DNA of 64,000 nucleotides. It comes from Azolla caroliniana (lineage: Eukaryota; Plantae; Polypodiophyta). Location of the stretch: contig JBHGNT010000007.1 of the NCBI GenBank assembly GCA_043228905.1, positions 9,424,001-9,488,000 on the forward strand, in the 5' to 3' direction. The notes below the pieces were generated by a model that worked only from the letters and a program-made list of their open reading frames with translations, had not been told where the DNA came from and did not search any database. A program made the position numbers and the translations under genes. Shown here piece after piece: positions 22,645-33,009 of the stretch (within the stretch, counting starts at the first letter, position 1; every line of letters begins with the position of its first letter).

Positions 22645-24453
22645 GGATCTCCTCATCAGGTCACTGTATTCAGTGACCACAAGAACCTTGCCTACTTTCA
22701 AGATGCTCGTGTACTGAATCGACGTCAAGCTCGGTGGGCCCACTTCCTCACACGCTTCGACTTCAAAATTACATATCGTCCGGGGAAGCACCAAGGGAAG
22801 GCAGATGCATTATCACGGCGTTCGTATCTAACACCACGTCCCGGTGAGCCAGCTTTCGATAACCAGAAGCAAGTAATCTTGGGTCCAGCACGACTGCAAG
22901 CAGCACAGGTCTTTGACATGCCCGTGGATTCCGACATTACCAATACTATACGTGAGGACTTGAAGACTGACGCTTTCGCCCAAGCTATACTAGCACAAAT
23001 TGACCCCTCTCGAGCGTCATGTTCACAATCACAATCACCAGGTACGGATTATCGGCAATTCAAATACTGTGATGGATTACTCTTCTTTAAAGAACTTTTG
23101 TATGTTCCTAATGGTTCTTGCCGCCTTCGAGTAGTACAAAACTGCCATGACACATATACAGCAGGACATTTTGGTAGTACTAAAACATTAGATTTAGTAC
23201 AACGATCATTCTGGTGGCCCCATATGCGACAATTTGTCGAAGATTTTGTTCGGACTTGCGATACATGCTGCAGAGCGAAAATGCCAAGACATCATCCATA
23301 TGGTTTATTAGAACCATTACCAATTCCAAGCAAGCCATGGCAATCCATTGCTCTTGACTTCATTACAGATCTTCCAGTCTCTAAGGGATTCAGTGCGATT
23401 CTCACAGTGGTGGATCGATATACGAAGATGGCTCATTTCTTACCATGTACTAAAGAAATATCTAGTGAAGACACCGCCGAAATTGTCATGCGGGAAGTAT
23501 GTCGGCATCATGGACTCCCTGATAATATCATCAGCGATCGTGGACCCCAGTTTGTGTCAAAATTCTGGAAGCACCTTTTTAAAATGCTGAAGGTCACTTG
23601 TAACCTCTCCTCCGGCTACCACCCACAAACCGACGGTCAATCCGAACGAACAAATCAAACACTGGAGCAGTATCTGCGGTGCTTTCTCAACTATCATCAG
23701 AATGACTGGGCAGATATTCTTCAGTTTGCCGAATTTGCCTATAATAACGCTATCCACGCATCGACTAAAGTCACGCCATTCTACGCTTATACGGGATATC
23801 ATCCCCGGTGGTGTGTCCTTGAAACCCCAGAAGTGTCCACAAATCCTTGCGCGGAGGATCGTTTGGAGCGATTACGCAAGATACAAGCGGATTTATCTAC
23901 TCAACTCCAGCAAGCTCAACAATCACACAAGGACTACGCAGATCGTCATCGACTTCCATCCAGTTTTAACATTGGAGATCGGGTGTGGCTGCTACGACGA
24001 CACATCAAGACTACTCGCCCATGTGAGAAGTTGGATTATCGGCGATTAGGTCCTTTCCGTATTATCGGGAAGATTAATGATGTCGCTTTTCGTCTCGAGC
24101 TACCTCCGCAACTTCGGATACATCAGGTGTTTCATAGTTCTCTCCTCGAACCCTATCACGAGAGCACTATCCCAGGACGTACTATACAACCACCACCTCC
24201 TATTGAGCTTGAAGATGGACCTGAGTATGAGGTCGCTGCCATCCTCGATTCCAAGATTGTTCGCAACAAGCTCTACTATCTAGTCGATTGGCTAGGATAT
24301 AGTCCCAGCGAGCGTACTTGGGAACCGATCGAGAATGTGACCAATGCTCGTGCTCTTCTAGAAGACTTCCATCGACGATATCCCGAGAAACCGGGTCCTC
24401 AATCCAAAACGACTCGTGGAACTCGTCGTTTTAAAGGGGGGATAGTGTCATAA
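22645..24453 (+). CDS. RNase H tail, integrase and chromodomain
   Basis: SDHKNL..RQARW..ADALSR, HDTYTAGH..CDTC, IALDF, SDRG, QTDGQSER, GPF motif, chromodomain. Confidence 0.9.
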   Translation, partial: GSPHQVTVFSDHKNLAYFQDARVLNRRQARWAHFLTRFDFKITYRPGKHQGKADALSRRSYLTPRPGEPAFDNQKQVILGPARLQAAQVFDMPVDSDITNTIREDLKTDAFAQAILAQIDPSRASCSQSQSPGTDYRQFKYCDGLLFFKELLYVPNGSCRLRVVQNCHDTYTAGHFGSTKTLDLVQRSFWWPHMRQFVEDFVRTCDTCCRAKMPRHHPYGLLEPLPIPSKPWQSIALDFITDLPVSKGFSAILTVVDRYTKMAHFLPCTKEISSEDTAEIVMREVCRHHGLPDNIISDRGPQFVSKFWKHLFKMLKVTCNLSSGYHPQTDGQSERTNQTLEQYLRCFLNYHQNDWADILQFAEFAYNNAIHASTKVTPFYAYTGYHPRWCVLETPEVSTNPCAEDRLERLRKIQADLSTQLQQAQQSHKDYADRHRLPSSFNIGDRVWLLRRHIKTTRPCEKLDYRRLGPFRIIGKINDVAFRLELPPQLRIHQVFHSSLLEPYHESTIPGRTIQPPPPIELEDGPEYEVAAILDSKIVRNKLYYLVDWLGYSPSERTWEPIENVTNARALLEDFHRRYPEKPGPQSKTTRGTRRFKGGIVS

Positions 24454-24735
24454 CTAGACTCGAACCCATAACCTTTTGTTACACGGGTCGAGACTTTACC
24501 ATTAGGTTATGAATTGTAATTTGAAGGATATTATTTTCATTTAGGTTTTATTGGGAAATTGATGTATATTCCAGATTTCTCTGGAACATTCTAGAAACTT
24601 CAGGAGTATTCCTGAAGACACTATAAAAGGAGGCGCAAGGCATTAGTTCGAACCAAATCGGTTCAACGCCAGTCTTAAGCCTTCTAACTACTGTTGTATA
24701 TCTTCCTTCATATAATACATATATCTTTCGCATCA

Positions 24736-24771
<36 letters not shown>

Positions 24772-25156
24772 ACTCATTCCTTCTCTCAAAGTTCGACACC
24801 TCTCATAGTACTAATCCTTCTCTGTCTTAGTACTATTCCCCAACAATAGTACTAATCCTTCTTTTAGTACTAATTCCTTCTCTGCCTTAATAGAGTTCCT
24901 GACAGCTAGGGTGAGGCCTCTACTCACGTAGGAAGTCCGTGTGCTCCCAACTAGAGGCTCACTAACGTGTGTGGGTGTATCTGAAGAGATTCAAGCTCGG
25001 GTTCCTGGTCAGCATGCCATTTGTATTCTTTTCATGATAATTAATTACCGAGTTTTGCTGTGACCGGGTAATATATATATATATATATATACCTAATTTT
25101 TCTCACCTCTCTATTACATACTCCATAGCTATCTCTAATTTCACTAGATGCCACTA

Positions 25157-25219
25157 TGGAATGTAGGGGTTGAACCCATGACCACCCGGTCTCCATTGGG
25201 CAACCTTACCAACTGAGCT
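25157..25219 (-). other. tRNA-derived sequence (SINE head or tRNA pseudogene)
   Basis: Minus strand reads AGCTCAGTTGGTAAGG...GGTCATGGGTTCAACCCC, i.e. A-box and B-box like; no complete cloverleaf. Confidence 0.5.
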
Positions 25220-25249
25220 CTCTCTCTCTCTCCCTCTCTCTCTTTGGGG

Positions 25250-25945
25250 AAGTTATTGTCTTTGGTGACATGAATGCTCGTACAAGAAGTTTTAGCTTGA
25301 TTCACATGAATCTTTTATGCCACATATCTCAAGGATGCAAGAGGATATGCAAATGCCACTCTTCTAGTGATGAAAAAGATCCGAACCAATTTAGGAAGTT
25401 ACTCCTACAAATGTGCAATAATACTGGATTGCTTATTGCAAATGGTATTTCCTTATGGCCCAACACTAATGGTTTTACATGTAGAAAACACAACGGAAAT
25501 AGTGTGATTGACTATGTGCTACTTTCCGAAGGTATTTTGGATCTTATACATAAATTCTCACTTGGTGAATGGTTGCGGAATGGGGAAACCGTACACATCG
25601 ATACATGTTAGAGCCCATCCCGTTATCTGCCATTTGAACCATTGCTTCCATGAGACTTAGCTCAAATGCATTGCGATGTGAGACAGGGCATTGGGGCACA
25701 AGGGATGAGAGTGGTAAGCTATGCACACTCTGGCCTAAACAAGTTCGTGAGTCTGAGTATCACACTTTGATACAATGGTCTGCCTTTGATCATATTCGAC
25801 CATGCTTTCCACATCTCTTTGACCGAGTCCAATCCTTGCATGAATTTCACTCACACCCACAGTGTGCACTCTCGATTGAAACATTCATTGGTAAAGTTCT
25901 TCAACATCGAGAGTCACTACTCACTTTCACACGTATCACGTGAAA
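25250..25945 (+). mobile_element. Internally deleted LINE (endonuclease piece joined to the ORF2 C-terminus)
   Basis: VFGDMNART...SVIDYVL (APE endonuclease) fused near 25570 to MRLSSNALRCETGHW...ESEYH, homologous to the ORF2 end at 54330-54700. Confidence 0.7.
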
Positions 25946-26311
25946 TGTAATATTTTTGGTCTCATAGGTCATATATGACCTCCGAAGTCGATAATATAAT
26001 CTCTCTCTCTCTCTCTCTCTTGTTTCGACACTGGTATCTCTGTTTTTGCGTCCGGAGGAGGCATTGCTTCTCCTCTCCCTCTTTGTTATGCGCATTTGTA
26101 CTTGAGTTTGTGAGCCCATGTGCTCTTTTTTGGAGTCTAGCGTCGGGAACAGATCAGTTATAGGATCACTGAGCCCGTGTACCCAATGAAGAACCTCGGA
26201 AAATGAGCCGGTTAGATCATTGCAAGCGTAGTATCCTCTCTGCCTTCGACTCCCTAGTCCGAGACCCCCATCGTCCTGTCTGATCCGACACGTACACGCG
26301 AACACCTGCGA

Positions 26312-27153
26312 CAACAGAGACTCTATTTACGACGTTCTTGTTTTTGAACATGAACCTGATCTTCTTCCAAAGGACGTTGGCTTTTGTCTCTTCATTGAAG
26401 TTGTTGTATAGACTAATGTCCATAAAACACCTTATGTATGTAGTTGTCTTCAGATGCATGACTTCCTAAGTCAATGCATCGATCTTGTCTGGTTTTTCGT
26501 CGCCATACTGCACTGACAACCATAGGTCTTTGCATACAAGCATATCTCTCATCTTCAACTTCCAAACTGAGTAGTTGGAGCCGGTCAACTTGAACATTCC
26601 TTGGAGAGATTCGCCCATCACTCTAATAGCAGTTTGTTAGAATAGGTGACCAGCCACAACCGGTTAGCAAGCGGGAATGAGAAAAACAACGAACAAAACA
26701 AAAAATTAGAAGAGCACAAAAACACAATATGTTAACATGGAAACCCTATCTAGGAAAAAACACGAGAGCCCACAGACTCCGAATAGAATGACTATAAGGA
26801 TGAGTATACAAGAGACTCTAAAGCAACAACCTTAAGCTCATCTTTGTCTTACAAACGGTTACACACACACTCACACTTAGCTCACTCTCTATACACACAA
26901 ACACAATAACTCTATCTGTACATACATCATCATCATAATGATTACCCTAGGTGTATTTATACTCATAAACCTTATGGGATATTTACAAATGTAGCCTCTA
27001 ATCATCTACAAGCTAATCGACATTCGGATCTTAGTTGATGATCGGCATCCGATTCGGCTCTCGGTCGACCTTCATCCTATTCACCTCTCAACCAACCTTC
27101 ATCCAATTCAGCTTTGTGACTCATCCCATCCGAAGGGACTAGTTATCCCAACA
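26312..27153 (-). mobile_element. Truncated Copia: 5' LTR (26635-27153), decayed PBS and gag start
   Basis: Minus strand MGESLQGMFKLTGSNYSVW...YNNFNEETKA, a relative of the gag at 15294; TG...CA LTR ends. Confidence 0.8.
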
Positions 27154-28800
27154 AAAACCCCGCAATCCAGTACGGGTACAATGAATACATGGTGCATCAC
27201 TATGCGTATATGGCGAAGGTGGCAGAAGTGTGTGAGCCAGAGAGCTACGCAGAGGCGGTGAAGGACGCAAATTGGCAAGCCGCAATGGAGGAAGAGATAT
27301 GCGCTTTAGCGGAGAATGAAACATGGGATCTAGTTGACGCCCCCAAATGAGTGAAGCCGATCGGATGCAGGTGGTGTAAAAGGTAAAGTACAACACCGAC
27401 AACTCCGTCAATTGGTACAAGGCCCGACTTGTGGCCAAGGGCTATGTGCAACAACATGACATCGACTATGACGAGACATTCGCACCGTAGGTGGTGTAAA
27501 AGGTAAAGTACAACACCGACAACTCCATCAACTGGTACAAGGCCCGACTTAGATCACTTAATGATAATCAAACATAGAAGAAATGGGAAATGGAATTAAG
27601 TACACAAACAGAAAGAGTATGCACAGGATGTTAACGTGGAAAACCCTAGATGGGAAAAAACCACAGGAGTCCACAAACTCCAACTCTCACTATGCAAGAA
27701 GAATACAATAGGGGAACACAGAGGCAACGACCTCGTGCTCACAATCTTCACCTGGCGGCGGTTACAACAGAGACTCACTCTGTCTCTGTCTCACTTTCCC
27801 TCTACTACGCTCTGTACAATAGTTACACCAATATCACTATACAAAATAATGACAGCACAATGATACATCTACACACACTCTGTTTGCCCTAGGTCATATT
27901 TATACTAATATGACTTTCGGGCTATTTACAAATATAGCCACAATGGGCTAACAAAAACATATTTCCATATATGTCCCTCCATCCGGTGAGAGGTTCTCAC
28001 TGGGCTTGCGTCATCCAGTTCTCACCGGGTCTTCCTTGTCGGGTACTCATCATTTGGTTCTCACCGGGTCTTACGTTGCTGGATACTCATCATCTGGTTC
28101 TCACCAGGTCTTCCGTTGTCGAGTACTCATATCCCATCCGGAGGGACCGAAATCCTAACAACTCGGACGGACCTCAGAAATCCGGTCAGATTGATTAATC
28201 AGTTTATGTCGTACCCGACCATCGTCCACTTTCAGTGCGCACAAAGAATCTTGAGATATATGAGCACCATGAAAGATAGGGTGTTGTTTTATTGGACCGG
28301 TGTAGCCTAAGAGTTGGTCGGCTACATGGATCTTAATTGGGCTGGAAATGCCGACGATCACAGGTCCACATCCGGATTTGCGTTTTCATTGAGATGCGTC
28401 GTGATTGCCTGGAGTAGAAAGAAGCAACCGACAATTGCACTGTTGAGCATCGAGGCCGAATACAGAGGAGCGGTTGCCGCAACATGCGAAGCCATATGGC
28501 TCAAGCGGTTATTAAGGTATCTGTTGATGCAGGTGTTTGAACTGACAATTACATACTGTGACAACCTCAACATCATCCAACTTGCGAAGAACCCCAACTT
28601 CCACGCTCGTACAAAGCACATTGAGGTGCATTATCATTTTTTCTGCGAGCAAGTTCTTTCCGGTGAAGTCGACCTTATTTATGTTCCTACATATTGGCAA
28701 GTTGTCGATATCTTCACCAAACCTCTCGACCTATACATGTTGCGGCAATTCTCGACTATGCTTGGCTTACAACACCTCAACTTGCCTAATTTGAGGGGGA
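27154..28800 (+). mobile_element. Copia RT/RNase H remnants interrupted by an inverted LTR fragment
   Basis: EPESYAEA..WQAAMEEE..NETWDLV; WSRKKQPTIALLSIEAEY, YCDN, HARTKHIEVHYHF, DIFTKPL; TGAGGGGGAG near 28792. Confidence 0.8.
27551..28160 (-). repeat. LTR fragment related to the 14416 Copia LTR family
   Basis: Shares GGTTTTCCACGT and ATATTTGTAAATAGCC blocks in reverse orientation; ends ...CCTAACA at 28160. Confidence 0.75.
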
Positions 28801-29299
28801 GAAGTAGCAAAACAAAGGCGAAAGGGAGAGACATGAAGTCCGAAAAGCCGAACGGATGAGGAATTCAATTTCGGGATGGCTAAAGAAGCAGGAACGTTTG
28901 GTACGGCTAAAGAAGCCAAGGACATGTCGGACGAGAGAACAAGTGGAAGGAGATTGGCGAAGTATAGACTAGCCAAATGCAGGGGGAGTGGCCAAAAGAA
29001 TGGGACTAAGCCAAAGCCAACCGAACAAGGCGGAGGCAAAGTTGGGGAGAAGAAGTCCGGGACTTGGGTTGAGATAGCCAAGGGCCGAACTGAAGATGAA
29101 CCGGAGATAGCCAATTCAGGCAAGAACGGGAATGAATCAAAGACAACCGATTTGGTTGAGAAGCATGATTTGGACAAGCCAAAGCGTATGAAGGCCAAGC
29201 ATATGAGAAGGTAGCCAAAGCCGACGCCGATGCGGAGGAGCCGATGGGTCGAGGGGCGCCAATGCCGCGACAACAAAGGAGTTGGAAAGGTCTTGGGTA

Positions 29300-29850
29300 G
29301 CAAACAAGTTGACGGTAGGGGTCAAGGAGCACGGAACCAGATGGGTCGAGAAGCGTCGGGACCTATTATGTACACATAACGTTGGTGAGGGTAGGTCACT
29401 AATATTTACATTAGTGAAGAGTATGTTCACTAATGTTAAAAAGGGGCTAATGTGATTGGATAGAAGGGATGATAGGTGCATGCACTATCATGATTTGGGC
29501 AACCAATGAATGGAGACCCTTTTAGAAAGGCACATCTATTCAAGGGGCCTAGGAAAAGGTATAAATATGAGGCTTAGCTACCCTCATAAGTACATTACAT
29601 CGAAAGGCTGTTGTCTTAGACACCGGTGGTGCGGGCTAGGCTTCTGTCTCGATGATTGTGTTTATCTCTTCCAAGGTATTAGTCATCCTAATATCCAGCG
29701 GTATGGGACTTCGGTGGTAGGTTGGCTATTTCTAGATCATAGCTTGGGGGTGGTCGGGTGGAACAGGTTCTTCTATCCATTCTATTTTCCTTCTTTTACT
29801 TTAGTTTGGTCTATTGATTAGTAATAGACTCTTAACAATGGTATCATAGC
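29300..29850 (+). repeat. LTR followed by an iMet-type PBS
   Basis: TATAAAT at ~29560, end ...TTAACA at 29837, TGGTATCATAGC at 29839-29850; start uncertain. Confidence 0.5.
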
Positions 29851-31885
29851 ATTTACTAACAATTTTTTTTTGTTGTTTTGATGTTTTTCGCGTGGGATCT
29901 AACAAGGCTTGTCTTGCTCTTCACAAGATCAAAACAACATTCTTAACTCAGTATTCTTCTTTCTCAATCTCTCTTTTCTTTTCTATGATGCGTTCTTCTT
30001 GGTCGAATCAAATTTGTATTACGTTTTATTTTCTTTCTTTCAACTTTCTACCATGCTATGATTTTAATTATTATTGTGCATCAGGTCGAGCGTGTTTGCA
30101 TTAATCGCACACACTCAACTCATGGCCCTTATGCATTTTGCGATGTATATCCCACTCTCCCTTCTCTTGAGCCATCGCTTACAGTAATAATTATTCTTGT
30201 GCATCAGGTCAAGCGTGTTTGCCCTAATCGCACACGCTCACCTCATGACCCTTTTGCATATGATGTTGAGTATGGCACCCTTCCCTTTATTGAGCCATCA
30301 CTTGGCCGATTCTATGGGATGTTGTGGTCTTAACGAGGTGTATGTCGCCTACCTATGCCACTCTACTCTCTATTGAGCTATCACTTGGCCAATTCTATGG
30401 GATGTGGTGGTCTTGAGGAGGTGCATGTCAATTACCCTAGGGTTTCTTACCTTAAGGTATGCTTAATGTTCCATACACCTAATTGATTATTATTCTAATT
30501 AATTTCCAATTACACAAATTTTTGTTTCACTTTTGTATGACTTTCTAGTAATTGTCATTTACCCACCCACAATTAACTCTCATTTTCCCCTTCCTTGTCA
30601 TGTTTAAAGTATTTATGTGTGTTTACCTATGATGTAATGCTTCCGTGTAGACTATTTGTTTCGTATTGTGTGGGGGCATCATGCCATTTTTTGAACGATT
30701 TTTTCCAACGGCTCATCTAGGTTTAACTCATATTATCGAGCCTTAGAACTCGAGTAAAACCACATGAGTTCCCCTACTGATGTTTCACTCATAAAATTGA
30801 GTACTACATCTTTGTGCACACCACCACCACCATTTGTATAAACTTGTGGCTTATGTCATAATTGTGCACATTACAATTGTCATATTGGGATGGATATGTG
30901 CATACCTCGCACCATCCATTTATTGGTGGTATTTTTTCTTAGTAGCCAACGCATGGTTTTTGAACCTTGTTTTCGTCACTTCTTGACTCTTATAGATAGT
31001 GACTTCTTTTTCTCTTTTTTTCATACCATTTGCTTGCTACTCGCAAGAGTAGAATATTACTTGCGAGTGCACTTGTTTTTTCACGTAATACACTTTCTCG
31101 ACCATATCAATACATGTTGGGTTGGCATTCAAATATAATGCTAACTAGGAAACTACATTGATGTTAGAACCATGGTTGAGCCTTGGGGAGCCACCATGAT
31201 TATTCAAGATAGAGATCCGAGAAAGACATCTTAGCTATGTTTTCCCCCATGGTTTTTAAAACACCATAGTTATCAGATCTCGAATCACATCTCATATGTC
31301 TAGAGGGGTAAAGACGTGAGATGCTTTCTTGGTAAAGTTCTTACAATCAAAATTTCAATTATTCATTTTGCTTGTGTATTTTCTAAACCTCCTTATTTAT
31401 ATTGCATACCCACAGCTTGCATCATGGAACAAGTTTTGAACACTGTTGGAGCGATCTCTCCGACCGAGACCTCTCAACTCCAATCCGCATCTCGCACACA
31501 AGCTGAGATCACTATTGAGCAATTGCTCACTACTACCTTGAATCAATTGGCCGAAATGAGGCAAGCCAATATGGCATCGAAAAAGAAATTCCAAAAATTG
31601 ACTATTGAGTCCAAGAAAGAAGGTGAACCTTCTTTCGTAGTAACACCATTCAAGGGAGATAAGAGAGAAAGAACCGAGGAGGCCATTAACACTTGGCTTG
31701 GTCGTTGGGAGTTTCACTTTGAACTCCACCCCAAGCCCGATGCTGTAAAAATTGGTTATGTCGGTCGTGAGTTAGATGGCCGAGCTACAACTTGGTGGCG
31801 CGGCCTAAGGATTGCAAAGAACTTACCCACAACTTGGGAAGGTTTCGTTGATATTTTTAAGAAACAATTTTTGCAGCCAACTTCT

Positions 31886-32161
31886 TATTGGGAAATCGGT
31901 CCCTTAGGATGGGATCCGGTGATGAATGAAGAAGACCCAGTGAGAACCAGAAGAGATCCGGAAAATGGAGGAGACCTGGTGAGAACCGGAAGAGAGAAGA
32001 CATATCTGTAAATATGTTTCGAGTAAGCTTGTTGAGGCTATATTTGTAAATAGCCTTAAGTTCATATAAGTATAAATACGACTTAGGGCAATCACTTCAG
32101 ATGTGTGTTTTTTTTTTGTAAGGTTGTTGATATTGTTGTAGGTGCATAACTACAGTAGAGA

Positions 32162-32223
<62 letters not shown>

Positions 32224-33009
32224 CTCTGTTGTAACCGCCGGTTGGCGAAGAAATAGAGCTCGAGGTCGTTGCCTCCGAGTCTCTGATTGTACCCTCTTTT
32301 CTGATGAGAAATGCATAGAATATCGTTCGGCGACAACCGAGTAGTAAATCACTTCTATAATAATCAAACACAGAAGTGGGAAGTGGAAAGTACACAAGAA
32401 AATGACACATGATGTTTACGTGGAAAACCCTAATAGGGAAAAACCAGGGGAGCCCACAGACTCCGAACTATCACTATGAAGAGAAGGGGTACAATCAGAG
32501 ACTCGGAGACAACAACCTCGAGCTCTGTTTCTTCGCACAATGGTGGTTACAACAAAGTATCGCTCTGTATCTCACTCTCTCCCACTCTCTCTGTACAACA
32601 GTTACAACAATATCACAACAACACAATCACACACTAAAGTGATTGCCCTAAGTCATATTTATAGTTATATGAACTTAGGGCTATTTACAAATATAACCTC
32701 AATGGGCTTATTCAAGACATATTTACAAATTTGTCCTCTCTTCCAGTTCTCACCGGGTCTCCTCCAGTTTCTAGAGCTCTTCCGGTTCTCATTGGGTCCT
32801 CTTTATTCATCACCGGATCCCATCCAGAGAGACCGATTTCCCAACATTTTCTTCATAGTGATAGTTGGAGTCTGTGGGCTCCCGTGGTTTTTCCCATTCA
32901 GGGTTTTCCACGTAAACATCTTGCGTCATTTATGTGTACTCTCTCGTTCTTTCCATTTCTGTGATTCAAGACTTGGTTGTGGCCGAGCAATATCACGTGA
33001 TTCTCTACA
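31886..33009 (+). repeat. Solo LTR (Copia-related family) inserted in Gypsy gag, TSD CTTCT
   Basis: CTTCT at 31881-31885 and 33010-33014; gag reads QPTS|QTEQ across the removed insert. Confidence 0.85.
32302..32846 (-). repeat. Solo LTR of the same family inserted in reverse into the outer solo LTR, TSD TTTTC
   Basis: TTTTC at 32297-32301 and 32847-32851; TG...CA ends. Confidence 0.85.

Larger units (their letters stand above)
20614..24904 (+). mobile_element. Young chromovirus (Tf1/sushi/Tcn1-like Gypsy) lacking RT and most of RNase H
   Basis: LTRs 20614-21070 and 24446-24904 look identical apart from one CT unit; TSD GCTAG; PPT AAAGGGGGGATAG; gag, protease (LLDSGA), RNase H tail, integrase and chromodomain (YEVAAILDS...YLVDWLGY...TWEP). 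Confidence 0.96.
20263..25118 (+). repeat. 3' LTR of the host Gypsy element, split by the chromovirus insertion
   Basis: TGTCA start after a purine-rich tract, TATAAAA near 20503, continues after GCTAG at 24910 and ends ...ATTACA at ~25118. Confidence 0.55.

Noticed and set aside
25157-25219. Functional tRNA gene
   Set aside because: Only A/B-box-like parts are present; no convincing acceptor or anticodon stems.
28876-29303. Lys/Gly-rich ORF and its antisense partner
   Set aside because: Low-complexity retroelement 3' region with no recognisable domain.
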